A DNA stretch of 64,000 nucleotides from Octopus vulgaris (GCA_951406725.2 OX597819.1:19220001-19284000), one strand, 5' to 3'; shown: positions 40,332-55,305, counted from the stretch's first letter. The notes: generated by a model not told the origin, from the sequence alone. Made by a program: numbers and translations.

Positions 40332-42717
40332 GGATATACACATATATACATACATATATGCATATACGCACATATATACATACGAATATGGAAATGAATA
40401 TCTATTAATTTATTCATATAATCGACAGCTTCAAAAATATCGCATGATGTATATCATAATGTGGTTGTTCAGGGAGAAACTTAAATTAAACGACAATAAC
40501 ATCAACAACAACAACTATACGAAAAAAAACAACAACAATAAAGCAAAAATTCTCTATTCTTTCTTTTCTTCAAGCCACGACCAGTGTTTTTGGTTTGAAC
40601 TGAAAAACCTATGAATTCATGAAGCTAATGCGTTGTATATATGACGCTAGAACGCACTGCGTGAACTTTTGATAGATTAGAGGTCTGTTGCATGTTTCAC
40701 CGCCTCCCTGTCTTCCTATAAAGAGTAAAAATGCTAATTCGATGGCTGGTATTTGTGGCTAATGCTAACAGAGATATTTTATGTATACAAATTATACTGT
40801 TTCGCTAATCATATGAATTTTAATAGATTTCTGCACATATTAGAGAGACCGTCAGGCGATTACTCGTGTAAGAATGCTAACGGATTTTAGAGATCAAAAA
40901 CAATGTCAAACTGACCCTTTGTATTTGCATCAAAATTCCTACATACAGACAGACATACATACACACACATACACATGCATGTAAGCATCTGCTGTATAAC
41001 AGATATGAGTGTTCGTATATAAGGGATGTGTTTTAAACTCATTAACATACCTTATCATTATAGCATTTTCGAGGATATTTGCATGGTAATCAGTGTAAAT
41101 ATTTTTATTTGAAACATCTTCCGTTCCTCACAGCAGAGGTGCTCAACTGGTAAAGGTATCATATACATAGAACTTTTATAGACCCACACGATCTGCTAGA
41201 AGTAGTAGTGATGTCTTAGTCTGTACTCAGTCTTGTTCGGAAAATAAATGACATAATATTTAATGCAAAGGAAGATACGTTCTATCTGAGAAAAGAAAAT
41301 GGCAAAGTAGAAAGTAAAGTATCTTACAACTCGTCTCCTCTTCACTTTAACGATACATAGTCCTTTTGTATGCTAATCATGTCTATGCTTGCTTCTTTCA
41401 CAAAATTAGAAACTGCGGCACTAAAATGCAAAGTAGCTAATGCTGGTTTGAAACTACTCCTAACATCTCTTACCCAGTTACCATTAATATATATTATTCA
41501 TGTCTTTTTTTCAATCCTATCAATACAATTCTTAGTTAAACACTCCCTCTGTTCTAAATTGGAACTTCAAAGTGATCACATGTATAATGTTCGTATTGTC
41601 GATTATTCTATACTCAATAGACAGCTATTTGTCCGATGTACGGAAAGAGTTAATATCACAATGAAATGTTAATTCTACCTTATTCTATAAAACCCATGAG
41701 CATAATCTATTACGAATGTCATTGTTTGCAGTCTATTTATAATGTCCTTAAACCTAAATTTGGTCGAAAAATATTCGCTGAGGCTGAATGTGTATTTACG
41801 TTAAAAATTTTACTTGAATATTTTAAAAAAATCTTCCACAGGGAAGTAAATCTCTAAGAACTTCAAACGAAATTTATGTGAGTAGTTTTGGTATTTACAG
41901 TCTTTGGCACAACGAAGTTTGTGAAACAATATTCTTCTGATGATGATCAATATTTCGAGATCAGATGGTTTGAATTAAAAACGAACATTTCCTGAGTTAC
42001 CAACATGAATAACTCACCGGTGCAACGCAGGTGATAAACCCTGTTACCTATGGCCTAAGGACATTTTCTTGTTGAAATCTGTGAATGGCCGCATTAGAGG
42101 ATACGGTTATTTAAGTAGATTTCCTTGTTGTTGCAATAAAGATCAGAGGTGAAGCAATAACCGAGTGGAAAAAATTTACACCTTTAAACTAAAAAGTGTA
42201 CCTACGTTGGTAAGTTCCGTACATGTTCCAGCCATATTCAGTTAAATAATTACAATGAAGTTATAACCAGCATTCATATCTCTGATTACATGGTTAATAT
42301 ACCCTACAAAATATATAAACAATTATTTCCATGATAAAGTATAAAAACTGGCCGATGAGTTCAGTTAAAATAAGAAAAGTTGGAAAATAAGAAATTGCAT
42401 TAACTGTATCAAAATTCACAGAGACATAGAAAAATAGATATACACTCACAAGAAATACGGACACACACACAAATACACATATTTTTGGAACTGAATAAAT
42501 TATTAGAGAAATTTTTCCGAGATATATATAAACCGAAAGTGATTCATTGGATATGTCAACAGATTTATCATTGTTTTTCCACAAGAATTCATCGCTTCGC
42601 GATCTACACAATGCGCGGGTAGATCCGAAGTCAATTTCACACGTGCGTGAACACATTCTAATCATATACACACATAAACACATACATACACACACACACA
42701 TATATGTATGTATATAT

Positions 42718-42780
<63 letters not shown>

Positions 42781-43086
42781 TGTGCGTGCGCGTGTGTGTG
42801 TGTAAATACGTATGTATGCATATAAATATTTACACACACGCACAGATATATATATATATATATATATAATTTCGCGGTGTGTATATCATATACAACATGT
42901 TAGAGAAGAATTATGATAGTGAAGTTGCCTGTAGCTAGATATACCAACGGAATTGTTTGTTGAGATGGTGCACGGGAGCATTCATATTTCTTTCCCTGTC
43001 ACACTCTATCCTTAAAATTAATTATCTGCCCATATATACAGACAAACACACATATCAAACGCGTACATTTACAATCCTACACGTAA

Positions 43087-43130
<44 letters not shown>

Positions 43131-43144
43131 ATGTATGTATGTAT

Positions 43145-43212
<68 letters not shown>

Positions 43213-43216
43213 ACTG

Positions 43217-43251
<35 letters not shown>

Positions 43252-43819
43252 ATGCATGTATGTAGGTATGTAGCAGTTTCACGGTTTACATCGCATTCCG
43301 TGCACAATTCTGCAATCCTGGCTTCAGGTTCAATAGTCATGGGTACTTTCTCAAGAAATGTCACCGTTTATTTCGTGACAACGATTGCAGGAGACTACCT
43401 GTTATGATATAGCAGCATGTCGGATAACTGTACATGAAACTTGAAGTAGTTCACATACAACATGTCCTCTTATTAAGTAGTAGTACGTGGTATTGACCTA
43501 TAAAAACATTTCTTATTCTTTATAGTATATTATGGCTGCATAACGAAGTGCCACTTACCTACAAATCATTAATGATGAACGACTTCAGAAATTTGCACAA
43601 CAAATATTTTTTGCTGAATTGCCATTAAGCTTTTGGAGGATTCAACAAATATTTCAGTGGTTTTTTATGCAATAACTGGAAATCATTAAAATGTTTTATA
43701 AGTAAAACACGATTTACGAAACAGAGATATTTTTGTACGAAATACTGAATATATAAGGGCCTAAAAGCACATTCCTGAGCGATACAATGCACTAATTTTG
43801 TTGTTTTTTCCTTCTCCAA

Positions 43820-44356
43820 CCATGCCTGGTTCATAAAGGCCGGTTTCCCGGTTTTATTGGCGTATAGGTTCCCCACTTGGACAGCACGCCTCTCCGTCGC
43901 ATGTGAGCTCCTACATGTAGGAGGAGAGAGTGAGAAAATTTTGTGGCAAGCCGGCAGAATCGTTAGCGAGCCGGGCGAAATGCTTAGCAGTATTTCATCT
44001 GCCGTTACGTTTTGAGTTCAAATTCTGCCGAGGTCGACTTTGCCTTTCATCCCTTCAGGGTCGATTAAATAAGTACCAGTTACGCACTGGTGTCGATATA
44101 ATCAACTTAATTCGTTTGTCTGTCCTTGTTTGTCCTCTCTGTCTTTAGCGCCTTGTAGGTAGTGGAGATATAAAAAAGAGTGAGAGAATTTTGTGGCGAA
44201 AGAGTCAGCAGAATTTCGCAATTACCTTCTGCCGGAACCGCTTGGAGATTCGGTATTTCGTTCATAAACACACACATAGACCGGTCGGAGATACGAACCC
44301 ACGTTCACTTAACCGGACGGTGAGTCCGCTGATCTAACTACAGGCCATGTGTCTCC
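43820..44356 (-). mobile_element. tRNA-SINE, family C head with tail type 2, interrupted by a family B SINE
   Basis: Head and core match 57885-58065; tail ggccggtttcccgg...ggcgtataggttcccc. Confidence 0.75.
43948..44177 (+). mobile_element. SINE, family B, nested, with 20-bp target duplication
   Basis: Reverse complement of 45271-45501; flanks gagtgagaaaattttgtggc and gagtgagagaattttgtggc. Confidence 0.9.
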
Positions 44357-44460
44357 ACACAATGCACTAACAGGGGAAGATATAGCTGTCTGCTTAAGAA
44401 ACTTGCATTGCAAATACCTAGTCTCTTGCGCAGTCCTACTGTTTTTTTCTAATGGACGCT

Positions 44461-44612
<152 letters not shown>

Positions 44613-44766
44613 GCAATTCAAGGAGTGGGAGGTGAAGACCTGTAGCATAGATTCATGGTATATTTAAATACTTTCTTTTATCCATGATAAATTTCTCAAA
44701 GCATATTCTTTTCGTTTTTTTAATATAAATTTAATCATGTGAAACCTCTTAACCTTTTCAACATCA

Positions 44767-44852
<86 letters not shown>

Positions 44853-45219
44853 GCAACGTAGCCAACCACGAACTCTGTCGGTGCAATGAACCTGTTGTCT
44901 GTTGATATCAGTGGATTGGGAGACTATTAAAGGTCTTTGAACTTCTCTTTATGCCCTTTTGAGAGCGCGGACGAATGAAAAGAGAAAGTAATGGTATAGG
45001 TGTGTATTTAATTGGATGTGATATCTGGTGTAATGTACTCGTTATGTATGTACACATGAACACATATACGTATGTATTTGTGTACATAAGTAGATACATA
45101 TGCGTGTTTGTACATTTACACACGTACACAAACATTTGTGTTCGTATCTTTACTCATATACACACATGAGAGAGAGAGAGAGAGAGAGAGCTTGATCAAG
45201 TAATAGATAGATAGATACG

Positions 45220-45270
<51 letters not shown>

Positions 45271-45272
<2 letters not shown>

Positions 45273-45501
45273 TTCTTTACTACCCACAAAGGGCTAAACA
45301 CAGAGGGGACAAACAAGGACAGACAAACGGATTAAGTCGATTATATCGACCCCAGTGCTTGACTGGTACTTAATTTATCGACCCCGAAAGGATGAAAGGC
45401 AAAGTCGACATCGGCGGAATTTGAACTCAGAACGTAACGGCAGACGAAATACGGCTACGCATTTCGCCCGGTGTGCTAACGTTTCTGCCAGCTCGCCGCC
45501 T
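45271..45501 (-). mobile_element. SINE, family B, full length, inside a (GATA)n array
   Basis: Head AGGCGGCGAGCTGGCAGAAACG, B-box GAGTTCAAATTCC; more than ten related copies in the window. Confidence 0.9.
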
Positions 45502-45528
45502 CGATAGATAGATAGATAATAGATAGAT

Positions 45529-45570
<42 letters not shown>

Positions 45571-45575
45571 GTACT

Positions 45576-45627
<52 letters not shown>

Positions 45628-46378
45628 AAGATAGATAGGTACTTAGACAGATAGATAGACTGATAGATACATCGATAGATAGATACGTAGATATAAGTTT
45701 TGCCCTTTTTTATCACGAGACTTAACTTTTTATATGCATATGTAGGAAGTAATTTGAAAGAGCAATAAACGCTTTATCTTGGAATGCATCTTGGCTTGTC
45801 GATTCGCTCTGCTCTCGGATCTGAGTGTTTACAGAGTTGTATAATAGTCTCTTCTGTGTTCATTGAGTGCGGAAGGAAAGCTACACTGCATGATGCATAA
45901 ATGAACGTGTCTGCAATGCATCTGGCTGCACCACCGTCAGTGTAAGGCAGTTTGCAGCACAGTAAGTGATCTTAATGTAACAACAATAGACTATTATACA
46001 ATGCACTCTGCGTCTGTGATGTTATGCTTTCAGTGAAGTTGTTGTAGTTGTTTTTCGATTTTTCTTTGGGATTTGCTTTGTGTTTTTTTCTCCCTATATA
46101 CGAATCAGACTGACTGCTGGGATAGTTATATAATACCGTCTGTTAGATTTCACCTATTTTATTGTATTGCAGCTTCCATTGCCGCCTCAGTCGCCGCCGT
46201 CTCCGGTGCCGCCGACAGCCCATTCTGCCACCTACTACACTGATGGGTGTCCGCTTCCAATACTAATAACAAAGAAAAAAAAAGACCGTGAAAATAAAAA
46301 AAACAATAACTGCATCAGCTGTGATACTAATAATGATAAGAACAACAACACCAACAATTTCAACAGAACATGACTTGA

Positions 46379-46725
<347 letters not shown>

Positions 46726-48605
46726 ATTATGATGATGGTTATGATCAAAATGATGTTCAGAATTTGCTCAAAGCAATTTATAGCTTAAGCGGATGAAAAA
46801 ATTCGATTCATAAGCGATGTTGCGCTTGTTCGTTTATACTTTTTACGGTCATGCTGGAGCAATGCACCCACGTCTTCAGTTAATCATATCGACATAAGTT
46901 CTTCGTTTGGAACTAAATTTATCAAAATGCGTTAACTGTATTTATTATTTCCATTGATTGTGGCGATATGAAAACAAGCAAATTTGACCCATAGGAATTT
47001 ATATTGAGTCTCCAAAGAAAATTTTCAAAGTAGCACAGTGAATTCGGTTTTTCAGTATCCTATAAATGATAGCAGTCATTGTTTTAACGATCCGTTGAGC
47101 AATCTTTTTTTATGGCGCAGTTGTTGCCGCAAACAGCAACCATACCTAATTGAAATCACAACGTAGAATGTATTTAAAAATTGATAAAATGGGCACAAAC
47201 CTGACTAGATATTCTTCTTTGGATTGCATTTAATTCGGAGCCTACTACAATTCTTAAGGCAATATTATGTTTTCTATTTTTTTTTGCTTTGTCTCATTAC
47301 CTGGGATTAATCACCGAGAAAAAAAAAACAAGAATAAAAACATCTCCTTAAGAATAGTGTCAGCAAGTGATTAACTAAGTAGCTTCTAAATGAAATGGAT
47401 TTTCTAGTCATGTCTATTTAAATCACCCAAAGACAAACACACCATTCAAAACAGACAAACTGTATCGTACAATGCTTGCATTGTTATTGAAATAGTACAC
47501 CGATGTGATATAAGTTGTATGAAAGGGCCACTATAAAGTGAGACGACGTCAGAAACTACAGGGCGTTGTGTGGCTGTTGTAGAATCGTTGTACTAGTTAT
47601 TAGCTGGTGTTGAGTGCCAGTTACGTGCTACAGTCGAGGTCGAGTCACAGCCAAGGTAGGCGGTTCAAATTTAGTGTCTTGCAGAGCGATGAGCGATAGC
47701 ATGATAGACAGAGTGGTGTATTACCATTCCGGCATAGAAGACGTACGCTGTATCCGATACTAAGAAATCATCGTGGTCACAAGAGTAGATACAACTGCTA
47801 CAATCACAACAGTGGCCACACGTTATAGATGTGGAAAAACACCACTTAATAACAGCTTGATATTATGCAGCAAAACACGAACCATGCTCAGGGTTACATT
47901 GTCGTTCATCATATGTTGGCTAGATCAAGACTGACTTACATACGAACAACAAGTAAAAGTAAGGAGATTTAGGAAATAACCACGAGAGTCTGTGTTGATT
48001 TGTGTAGATTGTGAGATTGTGTTGATTTGTAATATGTCAGTATTTGAGTGTTACGTTATTTCACCAAACGTAGAATATTGGCGCGTAGAGTAAGATTCAA
48101 TGGGATTTGAACTCATGACGTAAAGGAAGCTAATTTAATATAATAACAATATCCGTATTTAAAGTTTTACCTTGATAAACTACTTTATTGAGCATGAGTT
48201 CCCATGAAATTTGGAACGAGAAATCAAATACAGATGGTGGCTTCAAAAATAATAGTAAAACACGTTAATATAATATTTTAATAATATAATACTTTAATAA
48301 TTCTTTCTAATTTTTGCACAGGAACAGTAAGTTTTAGAGTTATAGAAGTTATAAGGTTTTATTCAGGCACCACTCACCTATGAGTCCATTACATCCCCCC
48401 CCAAAAAAAAACCCACAAGAAATAAAAAGATAAACACTAAGGCAAGATACACAGCAAGGCAAAGTACTAGCACACACTGAAAAATGGTTTTACGCTTCGC
48501 GCAAAGTTCTTCTTCAGAAACAGGAGGCAGAGGAAAGTCCAAGAGAAAGGAAGACGGAGGGGAAAAAGTCACCAACGATTCAAATGTGGTTACATTTTGA
48601 AATGC

Positions 48606-48663
<58 letters not shown>

Positions 48664-48682
48664 ATATATATATGTATGTATA

Positions 48683-48770
<88 letters not shown>

Positions 48771-48829
48771 GAGAGAAAGAGAGACAAGGGAATGGATGGA
48801 GAGATAGAGAGTTAGAAAGAGAGAGAGAT

Positions 48830-49050
48830 AGTGGGGCGAGAAAGCTGCTTCGCAGAATGGTTGGGATGCCGGACCAAATGCTGACCGGTCGGCAGTTCAA
48901 CCGTTTTACGTTCTGAGAAGAAATTCCGAGGAAGTCTACTTTGCCTTTCATTCAATCAGGATTAATCACCATCAAATCGTGAGGGCGATGAAATCGACTT
49001 ACACCCTCCCACAAATACCCGGTCTTGTGCTTTTGTTCCAAAATCTGAAA
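48830..49050 (+). mobile_element. Decayed SINE, family B
   Basis: ttacgttctgag...aattccgaggaagtctactttgcctttcat. Confidence 0.65.
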
Positions 49051-49147
49051 TCCACATACATGCACACACCCATACATACATACATACTTACAAATATGCA
49101 CACAGATAGACAGTCAGACAGACACACAGATTGATAGATAGACAGAC

Positions 49148-49210
<63 letters not shown>

Positions 49211-49228
49211 AAGAAAGAAAGATAGATT

Positions 49229-49309
<81 letters not shown>

Positions 49310-50215
49310 GTATGTAGGTAGATAGATATACATCGGTAGGCAACAAGAATGTTCCTACCGGCTGCTATCGAAAACGTCCGATACTTTCGGCCTAGCTGGA
49401 TGTTATCAACTCATAACCATCCATATGCCGAGAGATTTTCGTCTCTGATATATAGGAAGCAATGTGTAAAGTTCACTTGCAATGCGAATGTCCGCCCGGA
49501 TGAGTAAATGTGTGTCTTTGAGCAAGAGAAGCATTAAATAGAATAGCTATCTGTGTATCATACCGAATATAAATACATCGATGAACGACAAGATGAGAAG
49601 ATCGAATAAGCGAAATACACTTGGTGTTCTTGTTAGCTGTGGCTCAGTCAATTTTCACCTTCTTTCGTTGGTTTATTTTCTTCAGGCGGAGCAGTCATAT
49701 GAGAAATGTTATCTTTGGATGATACTGCAGCAAATTTGCCTTTCAGCTCTGCATTTGCATTATGTTTAATATATAGATGGCTCTCTGAAATTATATCCGA
49801 CAAGACTTTGTCCTACAATTAGTCCGACAATCTCACACACAAGATTTTACTAGTTTTATTAAATTATCTTTTGCACCAAATATCATCTTAGACTGAAAAA
49901 TAAACAACGTATGAGGCACCATTCCAAACGCTAATGAAGTCAGAAATTTTGCGCAAAACTACCACTTCATTAGCTAATCATACCCTAATTATATCTTAAG
50001 AACAATAACATTCCTTACAATATTATTTGGTCCATTATTAGAACGGAAAAGCCGTATGAAGTTGGTAAAACTCCATGCAATCTCTGTAGCAGTGTCCCTC
50101 TAATTTCAATGAGTTTCCACAGTAAGCTGAACTGCCAAAGGGAAGCAACACACTTCTGCAGACACTGCCTCTTCAATACATCTCCAGTTTACCATAGTTC
50201 AGTATCTTCTATATG

Positions 50216-50282
<67 letters not shown>

Positions 50283-50290
50283 GTATGTAT

Positions 50291-50348
<58 letters not shown>

Positions 50349-50349
<1 letters not shown>

Positions 50350-50717
50350 TAATTTACAATATAAGGGCAAAGGAAAAATTCTAATGCAAAATATGCCGAA
50401 AAAAAGACAGAAATTGTCAATTAATCATTATAATTTATGCGTCTCGTTGGGGTGCTTAGGTCTGCTCAGGACTTGGTGTTTGCTTTTTCCGTGGGTATGA
50501 GTAAGTATTTCACTTATATCTCGCGTATTCGCCGGTGAAGAGGAGAAAATTCTCATGAATTAACTCCGAAATTGGTCCAATACGGTAATAACGAATTTTT
50601 TAGAAATTTCTATCGGTTTATTTCGAGACGCATAAATTATAATGGTTGACAATTCCTGTCTCTTTTTCGGCATATTTGGCATTAGAATTTTTCTTTTGAC
50701 CTTATATTGTAAATTAT
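50349..50717. repeat. Inverted repeat (about 95-bp arms) with a hammerhead-like motif in the spacer
   Basis: 50349-50446 versus 50624-50717; spacer GTGAAGA-ggag(...)ctcc-GAAA-ttgg-TC at 50535-50577. Confidence 0.85.
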
Positions 50718-51000
50718 TTATAAATTTAACCTTTAAAGGTATTTTTTTATATGCTGGCCATTGATGAAATTTTTTCCCCGAAAAAAATTGTATCCTTCAT
50801 TAATTATATACATATATATATACATACATATACACACACTCATACATACATATATATATATATATTATTTTGCTACTTTTAGTCACCAGTTTTAGTTCGA
50901 CCTCCTTATTGTCCGACTAAACAAGTAGCGTCACATTTCATCTACCCTTATAACTATGCATTTTTTGTCTTTTAGATATTATTTCATACTTATCCGCATT

Positions 51001-51600
51001 AAGGTGGCGAGCTGGTAGAAACTTTAGCATGCCGGCGAAGTGCTTAGCGGTATTTCATCTATCTTTATATTCTGGGTTCAAATTCCACCGAAGTCGGCTT
51101 TGCTCTTCATCATTTCGGGGTCGATAAATTAAGTACCAGTTACGCACTGGCGTCGATGTAATCGACTTAATCTCTTTGTCTGTCCTTGTTTGTCCCTTCT
51201 GTGTTTAGCCCATTGTGGGTAGTAAAGAAATAGGTATTTCGTCTATCTTTACGTTCTGGGTTCGAATTCCACCGAGGTCAGCTTTGCCTTTCATTATTTC
51301 GGGGTCGATAAATGAAGCGTTCTGGGGTCGATCTAATCGAATAGTTCCGCCCCGTCAAATTTCGTGTCGTGTGCCTAGTGTTTAAAAGTATACTTACTCA
51401 CGTTAGGGCGGCTAGCTGTCTTAATGGTTAGCATGGCAAGCAAAATTATTCGTGGCATTTCGTCCGTCTTTAAGTTATCAGTTTAAATTCCATCGAAAGT
51501 AACGTTGCCTTTCATCCGTTCGAGATCGATAAAACAAGCATCAATTGAGTGCTGTGGTCGGTGTGATCGACTTTCCGCTCAATCGAAATAGCTTTCAATC
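51001..51600 (+). mobile_element. Cluster of three family B SINE units (dimer plus an older copy)
   Basis: Units at about 51001-51232, 51232-51390 and 51405-51600. Confidence 0.8.
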
Positions 51601-51967
51601 AAAATTTGTAAACTATGTTTAACTACGTGATTACAATTTTCTTAAATATAATTCCTTTCTCTGCCTTGTCCCTAACTTGATCTCTTTCGTCTGCATTTGC
51701 ATTCCTTTCTTAATGTCCTAAAACTCCTTTCACACCCTTACAAACTTGTATGATTTCCAACATCTAGGTGGCGAGAAGTTCAACCAGACTTATTATACCC
51801 AACAGGGGACTGATCTGTCTTTCCTGTTAATTCATATCTTCCCTTCATATTATTTTTAGCCCTCCTTGTTCTTTAACTCTACTGTATATTCTCCTAGTTT
51901 CGTGACCTCCTCCCATATGAAGCTTGGAAAATAATGTTATATAACAGTCAGTGTTCTCAGTGACTCA

Positions 51968-51970
<3 letters not shown>

Positions 51971-52000
<30 letters not shown>

Positions 52001-52104
52001 CTTCTTCTTCTTCTTCTTCTTCTTCTTCTTCTTCTTCTTCTTCTTCTTCTTCTTCTTCTTCTTCTTCTTCTTCTTCTTCTTCTTCTTCTTCTTCTTCTTC
52101 TTCT
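51971..52104. repeat. Perfect (CTT)n tract
   Basis: Read directly. Confidence 0.97.
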
Positions 52105-52411
52105 AAATCACCTCCACTCACTTCCTTTTCACTCCCAAACAATATCTCAATCTTGCCCTGTGCTCTTAACTCTCCCTATTAATGACTCCTTTATTCTACC
52201 TCCCCCTAACGAAGAGTCTCTCTGTTGATATATATAAATATATACACATATAGTTTAGAGAACTGAATTCAGGGAATCAAGCTGGTCTCGCAGTAAGCAC
52301 CCTCGCAATGATTCAGTTATCAGTTCACATAGTAATTAAATTACAATATAGTTTAACGTCTCCCTGCAGGACATACAAATTGCATATATTTCTGCGATGA
52401 GGAAGTGATAG

Positions 52412-52744
52412 TCATAAAATTTAGAGATATGAGGACAAAATAGATTTATTTTTTCCATATGAGTTGTTTCTGATTACAGCCGTATCGTAATCATCTTATT
52501 AATTATTACATTTAACGCATCAAATTATATTATTATATAATGTTGTATTATATAATGGTATTTTTGTAATATATGATACCAAAGATGCTTCTTGGTTTAT
52601 GCATTAATTTAATATTTTACAATTAATAATGAGATAATTACGAAAGTGCTGTAATCCTGAGATGATTACGAAACGGTTGTAATCAAATGGCGGTCTTATG
52701 GGAACGATACACTTCATTCACTTTAATATCGTCTGATTTTATGA
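52412..52744. repeat. Old imperfect inverted repeat with a tandem ~29-bp duplication in the right arm
   Basis: tgattacagccgtatcgtaatcatctt versus gagatgattacgaaacggttgtaatca; outer tcataaaat / attttatga. Confidence 0.6.
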
Positions 52745-53034
52745 GTACACTTGAGTATGAGTAAATAATTTATGAGTGCTTGTGCATGTGTGTGTGTGTG
52801 ACATAAAGGGAGAGAGGGAAAGAGAAAGAGCGAGAGAAAGAAAGAGAGAGTATATACACATATTTTGCTTTCTTATGTTAGGTAAACCTATTCTTCCGAC
52901 ATTCAGTAATACTGTAAGTTAATTTAGCTCAGTTTTGTTTCGCCAGCCTCTGTCCCGAGATAAAATTGGTGATGGCGTATTATGAATCACTATTAATGAC
53001 ATGCTGTCCAATATTGAAGAGAGGAGGTATTATC

Positions 53035-53289
53035 TACATTTTTACTTTCGGCAAATATTTGTACTCATCTTGTTTGTTGTTAAAACAACGTTTCGGTTGA
53101 TATATCATCCAGCCTTCGTCAGATGTCTTGGGGAAATTTCGAACCTGGGTTCTCATTCCTAAGGTATTTCGAACCCAGGTTCGAAATTTCTCGAAGACAC
53201 CTGATGAAAGCTGGAGGGTATATCAGCCGAAACGTTGTGTTAACAACAAACAAGGTAAGGACAAATATCCGTCGAATGTAAATTATGTA
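53035..53289. repeat. Inverted repeat, about 118-bp arms, 18-nt spacer
   Basis: 53035-53152 versus 53171-53289. Confidence 0.9.
53196..53241 (+). ncRNA. Minimal type I hammerhead motif (mirror copy at about 53082-53127, minus)
   Basis: gacac-CTGATGA-a-agctg(...)cagcc-GAAA-cg-TT-gtgtt; mirror gacat-CTGACGA-a-ggctg...caacc-GAAA-cgtt. Confidence 0.7.
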
Positions 53290-53609
53290 ATGTCATACTC
53301 TCTTTTACTTCACTCAATTTAATCCAATTATTATTTTCATCCCAATCATTACATCTGTATTTACATCTCGCATCTGAATAATTCATCTTTGATAAAAGCC
53401 AATACTTCATCTCCTTCTATTCTTCCTACTTACCGTTCAACAATATCTCTATCAATATCTGATCTGTTTCTCCGTATTCTTTTCGAGTGTCTCGGTTATC
53501 CTTGCAATACTTTTATCTTTCCCTTCTGAATATTTATCTATTAGCACTCCCTGAGGTGGTAATTCATCTGAAGTGGTAATTTATCTTGGCAGCGAGTTTC
53601 ATAGCATTA

Positions 53610-54150
53610 TTATTTGCGTGTTCGATGTCTTAAAATGACTTGGAAGGAGCTGCCTCAAAGTTTCGGGTGTTCGAGTCTCCGGTATTCCTTATTTTCGTCT
53701 ATTGTTGTGAGACTTAGAGACAATCTAGTTCCTTTAGGAGCCGCCTGAACTCCTTTGATACCTGGAGCGCTATAATTCCGAAATAGCCTATAATTCCCAG
53801 TTCTCAGATTTTGTATCCAATGAAACACTACACTCAGAAAGTTGGATACCTGTGGCTGCTTGATTGATTCGGGTGCGTCACCTCAGACAGTTTGGATATG
53901 TTTCTCGATTTTCTGAGGTAAACCCTGCATGCTGTATTCTCTTCACTGATGATCTGAGTGGGTTAACGGTTAGTGTTGGTCGACCAAAAGCCACATGGTC
54001 ACGGCATATGAGGAGGCATTTTGCGATAATGAGGACTGACTGGGACCCCGATCGTTGGGGTACGCAGGAGGACCGGAGAATATACAAACAGATGTAGGAT
54101 GCAACACTGCGCTGTAACGAGGCATGCTCCAAAATCTCATCTAGCCTGAT
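53610..54150 (+). mobile_element. RTE-type LINE 3' fragment
   Basis: VYCCET, FVSNE, IRVRHLRQFGYVSR, GRPKATW, QEDRRIYK match the RTE C-terminal LLYGCETW / RLRWFGHV.R / GRP..TW / DR..W pattern. Confidence 0.8.
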
Positions 54151-54499
54151 CCATTCTCTCCAGTTCCGTTAGAGACTTATTTGGCTCTACCCACAAAGAA
54201 TGTTCACTTACTTTCTACTTCCTTTCAGTGAAGATATCCATATCCAGATAGATGAATTTAATTGGAATACATAGCACCAAGACTAACCTATTCAACTCCC
54301 GCTGGTCAAGTCTTCTTTCTTTCAGCGAAGTGGGATCATCCTGTGCATTTGCCCTGAATTGTAGGATAAGAAGCAGGAGTGGGGAGCAGGTTAAATGGCA
54401 AAGCTACCGACCAAGAGACTTCGATGCTGGTTCCAACAAAGTTTGCGGCGTAACGGAAGCATTTATAAGTGTTGTCGATGATTATGGTGCTGTGTTGTT

Positions 54500-54601
54500 A
54501 TCATCACCACCACCGCCGCCGCCACCCCTACCATCATCTTTATCACATCCTCATCCTCTCCACTGCCATCGTCACCATCATCATCATCGTCATCATCGCC
54601 G

Positions 54602-54635
<34 letters not shown>

Positions 54636-54656
54636 TATCATCACCTCCACTGGCAT

Positions 54657-54687
<31 letters not shown>

Positions 54688-54710
54688 AGCAGCATCATCA
54701 TTATCAACAC

Positions 54711-54783
<73 letters not shown>

Positions 54784-54800
54784 GTCGTCATCATTTTCAT
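54500..54800. repeat. (CAT)n/(CAG)n microsatellite
   Basis: Read directly. Confidence 0.95.
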
Positions 54801-54849
54801 CGTGATTAACTGGATGCTATGCCGAAAGAATTTGTCTGGTGGACGTGGT

Positions 54850-55305
54850 TGAAAGGATTCAGGAACGAAACCTCATTGACATTTTTGAAAAATTCTACAG
54901 GAAAAGGCAAGTACGTGGGTGGGGGTGGTGGGGAGAGGGGATTGCCCTGTTTCAGTGAACTTGTAAAAAATGGTGACTGACTGCGGAGAAAAATGCTTAG
55001 ATTGAATGGAGCTACGCTACGCATGCACCTGGGGAATAGAGGCCAACAGTTGGAAGGTATCTTGTATCGTTAGGAACCAGAATAATCTGAGGTTTTGGGG
55101 ATTCCTTCACTGGACCTAGTCGGAGTTTATCCTGTATTAAGAGGAATGCATCTTTTACGTATTCGCATATTTTGTACTCTAAGTGTGTATTTATATCCCA
55201 TTTCTGCTTCGCCTCCTTTTCCTTTGCGCGTGTTTTATGTAAAAACTCGCACGGATTATAAACTGTCTTTGTAATGCCTACCCTCATTCGATATCCCTGT
55301 GGGAA
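54850..55305 (-). pseudogene. Possible LINE RT relic
   Basis: LKQGNPLSP motif and an upstream QGYR; otherwise decayed. Confidence 0.35.

Noticed and set aside
54252-54809. His-rich ORF
   Set aside because: (CAT)n microsatellite; several frames are open for the same reason.
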